Positions 13,161-27,275 of a stretch of 64,000 bases of DNA are shown one piece after another. Each line of letters begins with the position of its first letter. Within the stretch, counting starts at the first letter, position 1. Position numbers and translations under genes: made by a program. Source of the stretch: Lobosporangium transversale (taxonomy: Eukaryota); assembly GCF_002105155.1 (NCBI RefSeq), contig NW_019029010.1, positions 248,001 to 312,000 of the forward strand, written 5' to 3'. Under the pieces are notes generated by a model, which had not been told where the DNA came from, did no database searches, and worked only from the letters and a program-made list of their open reading frames with translations.

Positions 13161-13627
13161 TCACAATATCTTGATTTTCAGACATCCTGCTGCTTCTTCA
13201 TCTCCAAGTCATTCACGTCAACTTTCAGCTCATCTCCATTGTTATTCAATCTGACGTTATTTTGTAGCACTTATTTGTATTTTACTTGCATTTATATTTT
13301 GTATTTTATTTTGCATTTATATTTTGTATTTTATTTTGTTTTTGTATTTTATTTTGTACGATAAAGATAACTTACTATGTTGTAAGCATTAAATTTTATT
13401 ACGAGGCAAGAGCAGGCCGTGGCGAAGCCACGGTCTCCGGCTCGTTTTAATATAAGAGAAGAAGATATATAAGATTGTTTCATTGGTTTCACGTACAGAC
13501 ACAAAGACACAGAGGATGCACAGCCTGAAATTCAGGCACAGGTCTTTTCACTACATCGACCTGGAAAGTAGAAACTCATTCATTAGATGCGCGAAGCGCG
13601 CGCTAATCAGATTAATGCTCTAGGCCT

Positions 13628-13705
13628 AATTCTTCATTCCTTCATTCCTCATCCCTTCATTCCTCATTCCCTCATTCCTCATTCCCTCATCCCTCATTCC
13701 TTACC
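13628..13705. repeat. Degenerate (CCTCATTC)n tandem repeat upstream of YR gene A
   Basis: About nine imperfect 7-8 bp units. Confidence 0.8.
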
Positions 13706-13939
13706 CATAGAGAAGCAAAAAAGCACGTCCAAGAGAAGCTAAGTGTTTGGCTCATTAAGATAGTGATTACTTTTGATAATGTCCGCTAAATATATAAAAC
13801 CATGCTCACTTACATTTCTCTCTTTCTTTTCTTTCTGTGATATATCACTACCATTAACTACTGCGATGGCTACTGACTGCAACACTTGCTCATATCCGCT
13901 TTGTCAACTTCAACAAATAGCACAAACCAACCTATCAAC

Positions 13940-16900
13940 ATGCCTCGCAAAAATACTACCGCATCATCTTCTAGCAATGGCCATGACACCAATGGAGACC
14001 CAAGCGGCACCTTCTTTACGTTTAGCGTGAACCAAGGGAAAGAAGGAAGAAGCGGGTATGCACGGAAGGCCAAGGAAGTCAGAGATGAAAGGGAAAAAAG
14101 GAGAGAGATCCGCGAGGGCAAAAAAAGGGCCTGCTCTGTAAACATCCGTGATGTCGTCGAGGAGCACACCCCTCGCAAACGGATCTGTTCCCAAGACACG
14201 GCAATAAGCCCGATATCAGGCAGCTTTTCTAGTCGTCCTCAATCGTCTTATTCGACTGAGGAAATCGAAGAACAGAGGAAGATCTGCGCTAACAATGTCC
14301 TTCATTCTCTACTGGCCAACAAGAGTCCCTCGAAGACATTGAAGCAATACAGGACGTACTTGAAACTTTGGCTGGTAAATTTTATTTTTGCTCTTTGTTT
14401 TTTTTTTTTTTTTTTTTTTTCAAATTTTCGCATGAGACTGATTATTTTTACAATATAAAAATAAATAATAGGTATTCTGTGATACCAACTATGAAGGGAA
14501 TTGCAGCGTTAATGCAACAAAAATGCTGAGGTATTTCGAAGAGATTATCTTCCTACGAACAGTCAAGAAATACATCGATCCAAACGTGGGGTTCAGTGGC
14601 GCCGTTGGAAAGGCCCCATCACAGACGGCCAAACAAGCAATGAAGGGCAAGCTGACCCGCGAAGGAAAGAGGAAGGCGAAGCCTTGGGAAGAAAAGCCAG
14701 CAGAAACAGAGGAGAGCATTTTTCAGGATGTTATCCATGAACTGGAGCAAGGTCGTATTCAATACGATCCACAGCCTCATGAGGCCTTAGACTTTGAAGA
14801 ACTCGAGGAGGCCTCACAAGGCGATAAAGACGATGTAGAAAGCGAAGACGAGGAAGAGGAAGAGGAGGAGGAGGAGGATCGTTCGCAATTGACTGAAGAG
14901 GAATCTCTCCAGTCTACTGAGCCTCAAGCCCTCATGGTTTCTACCATTGCAGAAAGAACAAAAGGTAAAGCTGGTGTAATCCATGTATACAAATCAGCGC
15001 TGATGCAACGATGAGATCCGTTCTTAATTGACATTCTGTCACCAACTTTAGTTCTTTCGCATCCTCAAGCCGATCAAGCTGGTCGAAAGTTCATCCATGC
15101 GCCTATCTCGATAGAGACAGTGGATTGCGCTAGAAAAGCGTTGATTTACCTCTATAAAGAGCAAGTATCTTCAAAGGTGGAGTGGCCAAACCCGGCACCT
15201 CATCCTCGCAAAGATGTGCCGCTGAGGGAGGCGATTGATAAATATGAGTTAAACTTGGTGTATGACACCACATTTAATGGGTCGACGCGTACTGATACCT
15301 GTTCCATTCGTGACCCTTATAATGAAAAGCAATTCATCCGGATGATCATTCATACATGGAGCATGTCGCCAATGCTGCGACCAAAAGGGAAACGAACATA
15401 TCATGCAGATGGTAGATTTCAATATATGCGTGAGCATCTCTGTATCTTGGCGCGCCACCATATGCTGTTGCGTGATGAAGATATCCGTAACCTCAATCTG
15501 TCCGATGTGTTCAGCATCATGTCTTCCCACTGGGCAAATGGATCCCAGCCAGCACTCGGACTTACGTTTTGCATATCTCGTGGCAAAACAAACAAAAAAG
15601 GCGTTAAGCTCTACGCGACAGCCTTCCGTCATAAAGTCTTTTACAGGCGCACTGTAGGGGCTTTTGGCTTTTACATGCTAGAGCGATTTATGGTAAGAGA
15701 TTCGTGTCGTCCTTGTCTCTTACTACACTATGGTGTTTATGGTTTTTTTTTAACTTTTCTAACTTGCCGTTAAAAATTTTGGATCGCGTATAACCCTTAT
15801 AATAGCTGGAGAAAGAGGATGTGCCAAACTTCGCTGATCCTGATGACTGGTACAACATCAAGCTTTTGGTTGCGGCTAGCACGCTCGACAAGCGTAATGC
15901 AGGCCTTCGCAAGAACGCTGTTGCACCAAAGACCCAAATTGACGCTACAGCTTCTGTGATGCGGACGTGTGGCGTTTATTCAACTAAGGTCACCCATGCT
16001 GGTCGACATGCAGGGACATCGGATGCGTACCGTCTGGGTCTAGGTTTGGAGCATATCCGCCACCTTGGACGTTGGGTAATGGGGCAGATGGAGAGCTTTT
16101 ACGCTCCAAAAAATCCCACTACTGGCTCTTTTTATATGGCTCATTTCAACAAAAAACACGAACCATATTTTTTAGAGCGTAACCTCGTTATCCCTGATCT
16201 GGAGCTTCAAAGGAGGATCTTCCCTTGGATTGAAGATAACTTCAACAGCAGTACTAAAGAGAAAGAATGGATCAAGGATTGCAATGATGCTATGACAGAC
16301 ATCAATCCGGACCTCATCACAGAGGATGGCCTGCACTGGGGAGCCTGGCAGGAACGTATTGGCCATTCAACAGCGGCTAGGGATCAGGGCAGTCAGGTAG
16401 AAGAGCATACAGAAGGTACAGATAGCGCCACAGCGTCCAACAAGCTCATGAATAGCGCAATGATTGATCGACGAGCTTTCTTGATGTTACTGGTACGAAT
16501 GAGGAGAGTTATTCTTCAAGACGCTGTACTGTACCTAAGGCGCGATAGTAAAGGAAGGACCTTAAGCAATAAGCTTTTAAAGGCGCTTCCAGATATCTTT
16601 GCGAGCCGGCTCTTTTTAGACTTTCAGACTGAGCTCCTTCAGGCAATTGAAGTCCACCAGCAAAACTCAAATGTCGTCAACCCTATGGTCCCAGTTGACA
16701 AACACGTAATCTCTAGCGCGTTAAATAGCCTCAGCTGTCAGAATGCATCTCTTGAAGCAGCTCTTATTCGGCAAAGGGCACAAATAGCGCAGCTAGAAGC
16801 ACAGCAAAGTGCACAGTTCACGACGCTAAAGCAGCAAATGGAAGTAATGATACATTTGTTGCAGGGCTCGTCGGGCCTCCAGGTCCCAGCGCGTACTATG

Positions 16901-17383
16901 CCAAGCTATTTGATTCCGAGGGGCTTTCCTCAACAGCAGCCTTGTGTAATGCGTCCCCCACAGGGACCTCAGCATCACTCACCGCTCGTCCAATTTCCTT
17001 CTAATGGCCTCCAAAGGGCGTCGGAGCCACCGCATCCTTCGTCACCAAGCCCCGGCTCATCAAGTACCACGTTCAAATGGAGAGCAGATCGTGGAAAGCT
17101 TACGGTGGCAGATGCATGGGAGGAATTTTATGGGCCTCTTGAAGCATTTAAAAGACAGAACCCAGACTGGCCTGTCAGTACGTCGGACCAAAGGGCTTAC
17201 AACCGGCGGTATGAGTTGATCAGGCTGATCAGGGATACAGCAAAGAGAGAATGCCGTGAAGTCCAAGCCATTATTGCCGAATGGACACAAGCAAATAGCG
17301 GAAAGACAATCAACTCGCTTCTAAAGTCCCTGAAGGCCAAGGGGCCTGAGGAACAGGAGGATCTAGAAGATGACCAAGAGTGA
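13940..17383 (+). CDS. Crypton-type (CryptonF/Ndc10-like) tyrosine recombinase A with C-terminal GCR1_C-like domain, ~1048 aa, 4 exons
   Basis: Exons 13940-14374, 14472-14964, 15052-15692 and 15806-17383 splice in frame with GT-AG introns. Catalytic set: LLRDED (R), GKTN (K), THAGR (HxxR), LGRW, ESFY (Y). Also LQRRIFPW, RRVILQD and C-terminal TVADAWEEF. Confidence 0.88.
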
Positions 17384-18179
17384 GGTCAATTCTTATCACG
17401 GTAAGTAAAGGGTTGATTATGGTAGCAGTAGAGTGGAAATACAATATTGAATAAAGCACTGAAGGCCTCAATTGATTTACGTATAAAAAAAAAAAAAAAA
17501 AAAATCTTGGTAATTATGATATGAATTTGCAATCTGTTTGATAGTGGCTAAATGGGCCTACTCCTGACTATCGTTGTAGACTTGACGGTAAATTCAGGTA
17601 AAGAAAAGTTAGGAGAAGGAAATAAATGAGGAGTAAGAGGATAGAGTATGAAATGGGGGGAATGTTGGATTAGACTAACATTATACTGGAATACCAGTTA
17701 CCAGGAGTATATGCTAAGAATGAGTAATACGCCGTTACTCTATACATTTGACTTAAATATACGCCGTTATTCAGTACATTTATGGCACTTTGACTAAAAT
17801 ATACGCCAAAATGGTTACACAAACAAGACACAGAGCAGTGACAGTCACAGTTCAAGACACAGAGCACTCCCTGTCTTAATATTGATTCAGATTCGCTCTA
17901 TATACTGAATTGGTATTTTGAAATTATGTGGTCACAAACCTTGTTTCTTTTTATTGAATCACAAAGAAAAGTAATATAAAAAATTGACAAAATATATAGA
18001 ATGTGATCTCCAGCGTGATTTAGCCTGAATACCGTTTTTGTGTAGATGTGTAAATTTGGAAAGGCCATCGCATATGACTTGCACTAATGGAGAGGGATAA
18101 GCAAACATTTTTCTTAACTTGTTTTATCACTTCTCCCTTCACCCACCCCTTCATTCCCCACCACTCAGCATTAAATAAC

Positions 18180-21100
18180 ATGGAAGCGCTATTCACATCT
18201 AATGCAACCAATGCACAGAATAGTGTAGGAAGTCCTCTTCAAGGTAGCCTATCGCTCTCTATCGCTGGCGGACTAAGGCTGGTTTGGTGAGCACATTCGT
18301 TATTCAGCATTATATTATATACAAACAATAGTCGTCGCTTGCTGTTGATCCTTTAAAGAAAGAAAACCAAATAATAACTCTTGAACTCTTGAAATTATAA
18401 TTAGAATCACCACAGAATGTTGGTCAGTATTTAGGACAACAGTTAGATTCACACATACACATGCCCCAACTCCAAAATCAAATTCAATTTCAGGTACAAT
18501 TCCAAGATCAATTCCAATTTCAGGAACAAGGACTTCAAAGCCAAAAGCGGCATATAACGCTACAAGAAAACCCGGCAACTCCTAAACGACGCAAAGGTCA
18601 ACCTATAGCAGCTGCGAGCAGAGCTGATGTTGTTGCATCCATGGCGAACAAGACAGCATATGCCACCCATAACAAAATAGCTTGTACGTTGGTCCTACAG
18701 GAGGCAGCTAAGGATCGTGAAAAATCCCTAGCACGTCGAACAGTGTATCATTATCAACAATACCAACGGCATTGGGTGGTGCGTGAGCTTATTTGAATAG
18801 TAGTTGAGCAATGCAAAAAATAATGTTTATTGGTAGCAATTAATTGATCCATAATATATATAGGATTGGTGCGAGCGTAAGCATTTCATGGATGGAGACA
18901 TGGTCACATACGAGAAATTCTTACTCTATGTGCGTGAACTTGTGGCAGAAGAATCAGTACAGGCGGAGGACGACTTCTATAGCATCAAGCCATTGCGTGT
19001 CAACGTCACAATAGATTATGAAGGTGATCTCCCTTCTCCAGAGACAGTTGATGCATATGTCAAGTCGGTCATATCGCTCTATCAGTCTCAGCGAGCATTA
19101 GTTCCCAACCCTAGCAACCAGCCATGGGCAAGTCTACGTACAGCCGAGTTCAGAGGGATCATTTCATCATACAGAAAAAGGTAGGAGTAGACAGCAGCAT
19201 AATGTAGTATTATTTAACTTTGAGGCCTGAAAATTGAAGGAGTGGATGTTGTTTTAAAACATATAATATTGCATATTGCTAATTGCCCTAATTGCTGTTC
19301 TGCAGGTATCAACAAAGCAATAAATTCAAGAACCAATATCGAATGTCGGTCGACAATGCATACACACCAGCTCAACTCAAGCAGTTCTTGAAACTTTGTT
19401 GGACTCGATCTTACAAACCTCTGAATGGTGGAGCTAAGACTCACAAGCTGCTTGGGGCTCGCGACCGAGTTAGCTTTGCCTTGAATCATTTTTTGATTGC
19501 TCGTGGCCAAAATTTACTTGATGCGAAATTGAGTAGCCTGTTCCCACATATCCATGCAACGGCTGAGAATGGGCGCCAGCTTTCTTTTGCCCTTGTTCTT
19601 GAGATTACACATGGCAAGACAAATCAGGACTTCACTATCTATTCGTCTTGTATTCGCAATAAAGATGTTGAGCTGTGTCCTTTAGGTGCCTTAGGATTTT
19701 ATCTATTAGAGCTATGGATGGTTAGTTCCTGATACTTTTTCTGTTTAATGTTTCGGGGCTGTACCGACATTCGATTGCTCACATCTATTATTATTCGTAA
19801 CTTTTGACTGTAGGACAAAAAAAACGTTCCTGACTTTCATGACGACAAATGGATGGAAACTTTCCTCATTTTCGGCGCTTCTGATAGAACCCGTATGTCC
19901 TCAACCTCACTCTACAAGTAAGTACAGGGTATACATGGCTTTGTATGGTAGTGCAATAGTAATTGATGGATTGACGCTTCCTCGCGACTTCTTGCTCTTA
20001 GGGCTATGAAAGGGGTTATGAATAAGGCAGGCCATCATAGTGATAAAGTTACTCATGCGGGCCGCAAAGCTGGAGCACAACACGCGATGCTCAATGGATC
20101 ATCGCATGACCAGATATCTCAGCAAGGCAATTGGCTTCATTCTCGCTTGGCGATCCATTACCTACATCCAGTTCCAAGAGCTGTTCCGTATTCGATGGCA
20201 GGCTTCACGCGAACTGATGAGGAATTCTGGCTTCCTCGCAACACACTTATTCCTGATCCCAAACTTCAGAGAATGATTTTTCCTTTCATTGAGAACCTGT
20301 TTGAAGGAAACAAAGACTGGGAGCAGCGCATTGAGAATATCATGATGGACCGCCCCGAGGACTACAATCGACCCCTTTTGGAACAAACAAGCCATTGCAA
20401 GGAGGAAATACCAAAAATACGCTTTAATATTATTCTTGCTCATTTTCGGAAGATTATTCTTCAGGATATGGCTGTACTTATGGAAATTACCGACAATGCT
20501 AATTGCTATTACCAGATTTACCGGATGCACCATATCTGCCAGATGCCAGTCTTTCAATCGCCAGAGTTCGGAGAGTTTAGTGCAAAGTTGCGCCAAACAA
20601 TGAGTGAGGCAAGATCTCCCTCGATGGATAGCCTTGCAGCAAACGCTCCCGCAATAGCACAGAAACTTGATGTTTTAGGAGCACAGCTTTCAGCTCTTGA
20701 TGACTTCATACGATCACGAGAACGCGTTGATACATCTAACTGTAACTTGACTTCTTCATTCAGGACGCATATGTCAAGTGTCAATCGTCAGCTAGTGGCA
20801 CTCTCTCAAGGGATAGAGGGGGCCTTCAATGGTGCAGGAAGAACTATAGGCCACACTGTATCTGAGATCAAATCAATCCAAAGAGAGCAAATACGAGAGT
20901 TCGATCTCCAGATACAGCAGGGATGTGGAGCAGGACAGAGGAGCCCATTCACCCCGGAGCAAGGGCACACAGACGGGCACCTGGTTAGCCATGAGCCGGC
21001 TCATGAGCAAGCGAGCGTTACCAACACCTCTTCACCTTTACAAGGCGAGGATTCATTCTTCAATGAAGTAGACGGAGCGAGAGAAAGAGAAGAAGAAGTA

Positions 21101-21574
21101 GTTGTAGAACAAAGACAAGCTCACTCTCAATCTCAACCTCAATCTCAGTCTGGTATGCAAGGTAGAGTTGATTTGGACCAGTTGGCAGAACAGATCGCCA
21201 TGCTCTACGTTCAGATTGGAACAACCCTGTCCTCGCACGAAATGCTTCCGCAAGCAGCGCTTCTCAAGGATCAATGGAAGGAATGGTTCCATGGTGTCGA
21301 TGGACGGCCCTCGATCTGGGCTTTGAATAAGAGCTCTGACCAAAAAAGAGCAAAATGGCGTTCAGGATTCGATGCACAGAAAAGGAAGTTGTATCAATTC
21401 AAGAAGGAACTAATTGAGGCTGTGCTAGAAGAGATATCAAAATCAACATGCATGACGTTAGTGGAAAAGGAAGCTGATGCCCTGACGTCAGTTTCCAAGG
21501 CTATCATCAACGCTGGCTCCAACAATTCCTACATTAAGATGCGTCGAGCACAAAGAAAAAAAGCTTTTAAGTAA
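18180..21574 (+). CDS. Crypton-type tyrosine recombinase B with C-terminal GCR1_C-like domain, ~948 aa, 6 exons
   Basis: Exons 18180-18243, 18405-18778, 18864-19180, 19306-19720, 19814-19917 and 20002-21574 splice in frame. Motifs: IARGQN (R), GKTNQ, CPLGALGFY, THAGR, GNW, IHYL, LQRMIFPF, RKIILQD, DQWKEWFHG...PSIWAL...KWR. Confidence 0.88.
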
Positions 21575-21737
21575 TGTGTTTATACATATATTTCTTTAAA
21601 ATAAAAATAAACCACACCGTTGAAGGCGTTTCGTTAGACACTTCTAAAGTGTCACTCCATTTTACTTGAAAGCTTCCAACTGATGATATTGGAATATTAT
21701 TTATTACAAAACTGCTGTATGCTATTTTAAGCGGATA

Positions 21738-23606
21738 TCATTGTGTTGTTGTTATTGGTGTTGTTATCGTTGCTGTTGATGACTGATCAAATTTTGATTT
21801 TTTGGTTGCTGGGGAGTCAGATTCGATGTTGAAACTACCTCTCGTGCTCATTTCATTCTTCATTAATTCGAAAAGAGTAAGGACATAGCCAAATATAAGC
21901 TTGCATCTGTCTCTCACGTCTTCCATTTCTCCTATCACTTCTAAAGATTTAGTCAGTTCCAACCTTCGGTATTTTAGCGTGCCATTTTCCAATGTAGATT
22001 CAACAAATGCCCATTGAAATGAGTTGGTTACGATTCCATAAGCCCTAAGGGCTCTAGGGCAATCTCCATCCTCCTCAGTTCGTTTTCGTTTCCTATTGTG
22101 CAAGGCTACATCGAGCTGTACCATATTTTGTGCAAGGCCTTGCACATGATCGTCCTTCTTCACTTCCGTAATGCCAAGAAATTGTCCCGAATTGATACAG
22201 TCAACAACAGCAAAGTCCAAAGTCCCATAGCCGCGCGTGCCTTTCAAAGACTGTTGTTGCGAAAGGATCATGTCGGGCGCATAGAGCGATACTGCTCCAA
22301 CCATGAATGCATCGACAATTGTTGATCTTGTAGCCTCATTTGATTGTGCATTAAATGCATAGGCTCTACCTTTGCGAATGCAATCGTCCACAATATGTCC
22401 CAATATTGTCTCTTCAGCTTCTGTCAAGTCCTCCTTGGGCTTGAGATCAAATTTTGGTAGATCAATGAACGATTGTAATTTATACGTGTCTTGAACTTTT
22501 TTCCAGTCCCATGACGAAAAACTAATGGCTGGGGTAGCCAAAGATATAATGAGCCTTTTCCACTTTTTTTGCTGAAGTTTTTCCAAGATAGAACGAAATT
22601 GAATGTCGTCTCTCAACAACGGAAATGTCTTCGTTTCCTCATCGTACACAAATATTTGGACTTCCTCGAACTCCTCAAACTCCAAGCAATAATCTCGAAG
22701 GCTTTCTCGCAGGCTTCCTATAGTAGCTGATTTAATATTGGTGGAATATGTGCAAATAACCTTATTCCGATCTCTTTTGTTCACGACGCTCAGTGCTAGA
22801 ATAACAACAAAGTCAGCTCTCTTTCACTATGGTTCCTTTCGACATCTTTCCATTCCACATTCTCACTTATTGTTGATTATCACTTACTAGTATATGTGTC
22901 CGCCTGTAGTTGTTGCTCCAATTCGGCGTTTTTCTTTTGTACCATTTCTAAATCTGCTTCCATATGCAGTTTTTGTTGCCTCAGGTCGGTCATTTCCTTG
23001 TGTAAATTTATGATTATCGTTTCTAAATTTGCGATTGTCGTTTCTAAAGTTACGATCATCGTTCCTAAATTTGCGTTCGTATGCAGTCGTTGCTTCAAGT
23101 CGGCGATTTCCTTTTGTAGATCTGCGTTCGTCGTCTGTAGACTTGCGATTATAGGTTCATTCCCTTCACTTTTAACTTAGGAGAAAGGAATACAAATAGA
23201 AAGTGCGTATGACTTGTTTAATCATAGTTAACTGTGGACAAAAAAAAAAGGCATACCAGTAGAGTGGAATAGTACCTGGTCGTTCAATAATGACATGGAT
23301 GGTTTTTTTTGGTGGTACAGCGCCAAAAACCTCAGAGACCTCGCTAGTCGGATCTTCGAGCTTCTCTGGGTTTTTCTGCGCCTTCTGCTCGTCTGTAAGA
23401 TTGCTTAATGTAATTGGTTTCTTGGAGATAGAAGAAATGGCGACATGCCAGAGAGTGAGCTTGCTTGCATTAATATCATGAAACTCTAGCTGCTTTTTCT
23501 TGATGGCATCCTTGAGATGGTCTATCGTTTTTGAAGAGGAGATATCCACTGAGAATATGGAGGAATCTCCATCGATAACGCAAAAGAGGGTTACTTCGGT
23601 GGCCAT
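21738..23606 (-). CDS. Crinkler (CRN) effector-like protein: Ubl header + coiled coil + PD-(D/E)xK REase-fold domain, ~558 aa, 3 exons
   Basis: Exons 23606-23276, 23175-22888 and 22795-21738 splice in frame. N-terminus LFCVIDGD...LKDAIKKK...LTLWHV...TIHVII. C-terminus NEATRS...GYGTLDFAV...ITEVKK...GLAQNMVQL...YGIVTN..QWAF. Confidence 0.88.
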
Positions 23607-23919
23607 GGTAGTGTTATGATTGTTTGTTTCAATAGTTTCAATGGAGCGAGTATTTTAAAGGATGGCGATAGCGCAAAGCCACAATGCGCCTTGCAAATAG
23701 GAAGAGAATGTTATCCATTTTTGATTCTTATTTTAAAATATAATAAATGAATAGCTATATTTGTGATTCATATTGACGCAAGGAACTCACCATAAGAGAA
23801 TGATACGGATAGATAGATGGAAATCAAAAAGGGAGGACTGAAATATCATGTGACGACATATATAGGATCACAGGAAAAATTTTGTGACCCTGTGCACGCT
23901 ACTGTAAAAAATCCACATC

Positions 23920-24200
23920 TCGAATTAATTGAATGTGCACTCGCTTTTTACCATTTAATTGATCGCGTACTCATTTAATCATGCACTCTCTTTTGACCAT
24001 TAAATTAATCGCACAATCTTTATTATTGATCGCACACTTTTACGCACTCTCTTCACCATTAAATTGATTGTGCACTCTCTCTCTTCACCATAAAAATGAT
24101 TGCACTCTTTACCATTAAATTGATTGCGCACTCTCTTTCTTTATCGTAAAATTGATCGTGCACTCTCATCCTTTAATTGATCGCACACTCTCTTTTTATT
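23920..24200. repeat. Degenerate ~30-bp tandem array (TTAAATTGATYGCRCACTCTC...) between divergent genes
   Basis: About eight imperfect copies visible by eye. Confidence 0.75.
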
Positions 24201-24448
24201 CGCTCTCTCTCTCTCTTCTCTATTTTTTTCTATCCGTCCTCTTTACTTCACTATTGCTGCAATCGTTTCCCTTAACACACACTGATTCATCACATCTCTA
24301 GTTCACACACATTTCCATCATTCACTCTCTCGTCGCACATACGCAGGTGCTTTCTTTACCGACCTCTAAAGTTTTAGGTAGTATCATAAGTATTATTTTT
24401 TTTTTTTTTTTTTTTTTTTTTTCGCCAGCAAGGAATTTATGGTTGGGA

Positions 24449-24877
24449 ACTCACCAAAGCCGACAGCACTAAGTCTGTCCGCTCTGGATTAAAGAGCTTA
24501 TCATTGTGGAATCGGACAAGAAGGGTTCCCCTGTCTTGTCAGCTAGTACAGAGCCGCTTTTGCTAGGTTCTGTTCTGGTGACTCCCACTCTGTCTGGACC
24601 ACATGAGTCAATGCAATCCTTTAGCAGAGGACCCGCATTTGACATTGCCGATAGGCATTCCTTGTTTGACCATGGCTGGTGACTCACCAAAGCCGACAGT
24701 ACCAAGGCTGTCCGCTCTGGATTAAAGAGCTTATCATTGTGGAATCGGACAAGAAGGGTTCCCCTGTCTTGTCAGCTAGTACAGAGCCGCTTTTGCTAGG
24801 TTCTGTTCTGGTGACTCCCACTCTGTCTGGACCACATGAGTCAATGCAATCCTTTAGCAGAGGACCCGCATTTGACA
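24449..24877. repeat. Near-identical direct duplication (~196-bp copies, 233-bp period)
   Basis: 24449-24644 recurs at 24682-24877, differing only near the start. Confidence 0.95.
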
Positions 24878-24966
24878 GCGAATATTTCCTATTGATGTAA
24901 CATCTCTTTCATTTCCTAAAACGAGCTGACTCAATCTGTGAGTATCATTTTTAATTATAGTTAATA

Positions 24967-25813
24967 ATGAAGAAATATATCGAAGACGCTCTCAACTCAA
25001 TTATTGAGGGGCTTACCAACCCACAGTATTTCAAAGGAACCCAACCTACCCATTATGACTTTACTGCGTACTATAATTCATGCAGAAAGAAAGTTGCAGA
25101 TGATGAATCGGCATCGACAGTTATTGGACTGGAGTTAACAGATGAGGGACTGGAGTCAGGGGACAAGGTACTGGAGTCGTCAGTCGAGGGCCTTGAGCGT
25201 GAATGGACATCTATCTTTTTGCCGCGGCTGAGAAAAAGCAATATCAAAATTTTCCAGGAGACTGCCACAAGGCTTGAGAAAACCTGGAGGTCACAAAAAA
25301 TGGCCAGGCGTTTAGAGCGGTTCAAAAATGATATAGACAGTCAGATGCACAAAGTCTTAGGCAAAGCCATACTTGGACACCGAGCTACCACGTTGCAATA
25401 CTCTAATAGTACCCTTGCAAGGGACTTTCAGGCGTATGGCAAGTCTCCAGTCGTTTATATTGCTTGAGTTGTAGACATTCAAATATTATTGCTCTTATTA
25501 TTATCGATCATTTTCTCCCCCTCTGACACTATTTAAGGACTTTTTCCTTCAATTTTTTTAGATGATAAGCGCAAGGACTTCCATGAGGAGGAACCAAGAG
25601 GAGGAAAAAAGACCCGAGGACCCGATCCACGACATCCGCTTACTGGTAAGCCTTTTATACTCTATCGCGTGGTTGATAGGCCTGGTGTATTTTATTGATA
25701 CATGTTCTTAGCTTGACTTTATTGACATTCTACATTTGTTTATTATGTAGAGAACAGACGAACAAGAAGGTCGGCAGCGGTAGCAGCAGCAGTCCCGACC
25801 CAAAAAGGTATCC

Positions 25814-25859
<46 letters not shown>

Positions 25860-27196
25860 GTTGTTGTTGTTGTTGTCGTTATTATTATTTGTTATTATTA
25901 TTACTAGTTAACATATTGATCAATCCTTACTTTTACTCTTAATAGTTGGTGCGCCTCTACTGGATGAAGGCCAACGTGATTCCGATCTCCATTTTCCTGG
26001 TGGTCCATTTGGTCCTCCCTCTAGCAGTGACAGCACCAGCGAAAGTTTCATACCTGGGACACAGGAAGATTCCACAGGGAATTCTCTGTTATAATCGAGC
26101 GCCCTCAACGGATGGTGAGGCTTGTAGGGCAGGGTCAGGAATCATCATCTTTGAAGCTTGGCCATTGGATATATGAGGATCAGGATATATCTAAGAAACT
26201 AATGAGGAGCCGAACATCCGTAGTAAAGGAGCATGAATCTTTGCAACGAGTCAATGAGATCCTGTAAGTCTAGGTTGAAGTTGTGTTCTACCCATCATTA
26301 ATGCTACATATAACAGCTATTAATTTGCAACGCAGTCAATTGAATTTTATTTTTACAAGGGAGACGATGCTAGAAGTCACCGAAGAAGAGAAACTTGCCC
26401 CAAACACCTGCTGCCAATCTATTCAATCCTTTGCCGTAATTCGTGCCATTGCTGATCTTGCCTTCACGTCAGCCAACGAGGGATATCTCACCGCATTAAA
26501 TACATGGAAGAAGGTTCAAGCGACATGGCAAGAAGATGACACACATGGAGGTCATTGGGAAGTGCTTCGGGCTTCAATAGATCATTTACTCATTACATCC
26601 ACCCTTTGGAGCCCTATGAGCTACACAAGCAGGAAGAAGGGTAACGAAGACAGTTTTTCACAAAACATTGTCCGTCCTTTTTTGATGGGTGCATTTGGCC
26701 GCTTGTCTGGTGTCAGATTCAGAGGAAGTGGTGACCCCTTCACCTGTGGGAATGAGCTGGATAAGGAACTGAAGTTCCCGGACTTCTCTGTCACTATGGA
26801 CTGCTACAATGCTTCATTAGGAGAGCATTACCTAGTGATCGCTGAGATAAAGCCCCCTAGCGCCTCTCAGGCTGAACTTGACGACGATTATATTAAATTG
26901 TCTAATCTAATGAAAAGTGCCCTTGATTGGCAGCTAGGACAGGGATATGATGATGGAGCTGTGGTTGGAATTCTAGTGCAAGGTTGGAGAGTGTCCGTGT
27001 TTTATATTGTCTTGGAGCACGAGGCAATATATGAGCTGAGGAACATAGGGCAATTTTCACTGGTTGCTGATCACACCCAATTGGCACAACTTCTTTCGAT
27101 CTGCCCAGTTCTTTTAAAGGCCAAGGTAAACATTAACTTCACTGTTTTCTAAAATTATAACCATTACAACCCTTCGTTAACATTTATTATTATTAC

Positions 27197-27275
<79 letters not shown>

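Larger units (their letters stand above)
7744..13444 (+). mobile_element. Helitron 1 (full-length termini, internally deleted RepHel)
   Basis: 5' A|TCTATATATTAAAGC at 7744. 3' hairpin CCGTGGC-GAA-GCCACGG (13417-13433), then CTCG|T at 13441-13445. Rep and PIF1 helicase coding sequence inside. Confidence 0.9.

Noticed and set aside
13940..21574. Starship captain (DUF3435) or the centromere protein Ndc10 itself
   Set aside because: Motifs and the GCR1_C-like tail fit Crypton-type YRs with catalytic residues retained; nothing visible supports DUF3435 or a kinetochore role.
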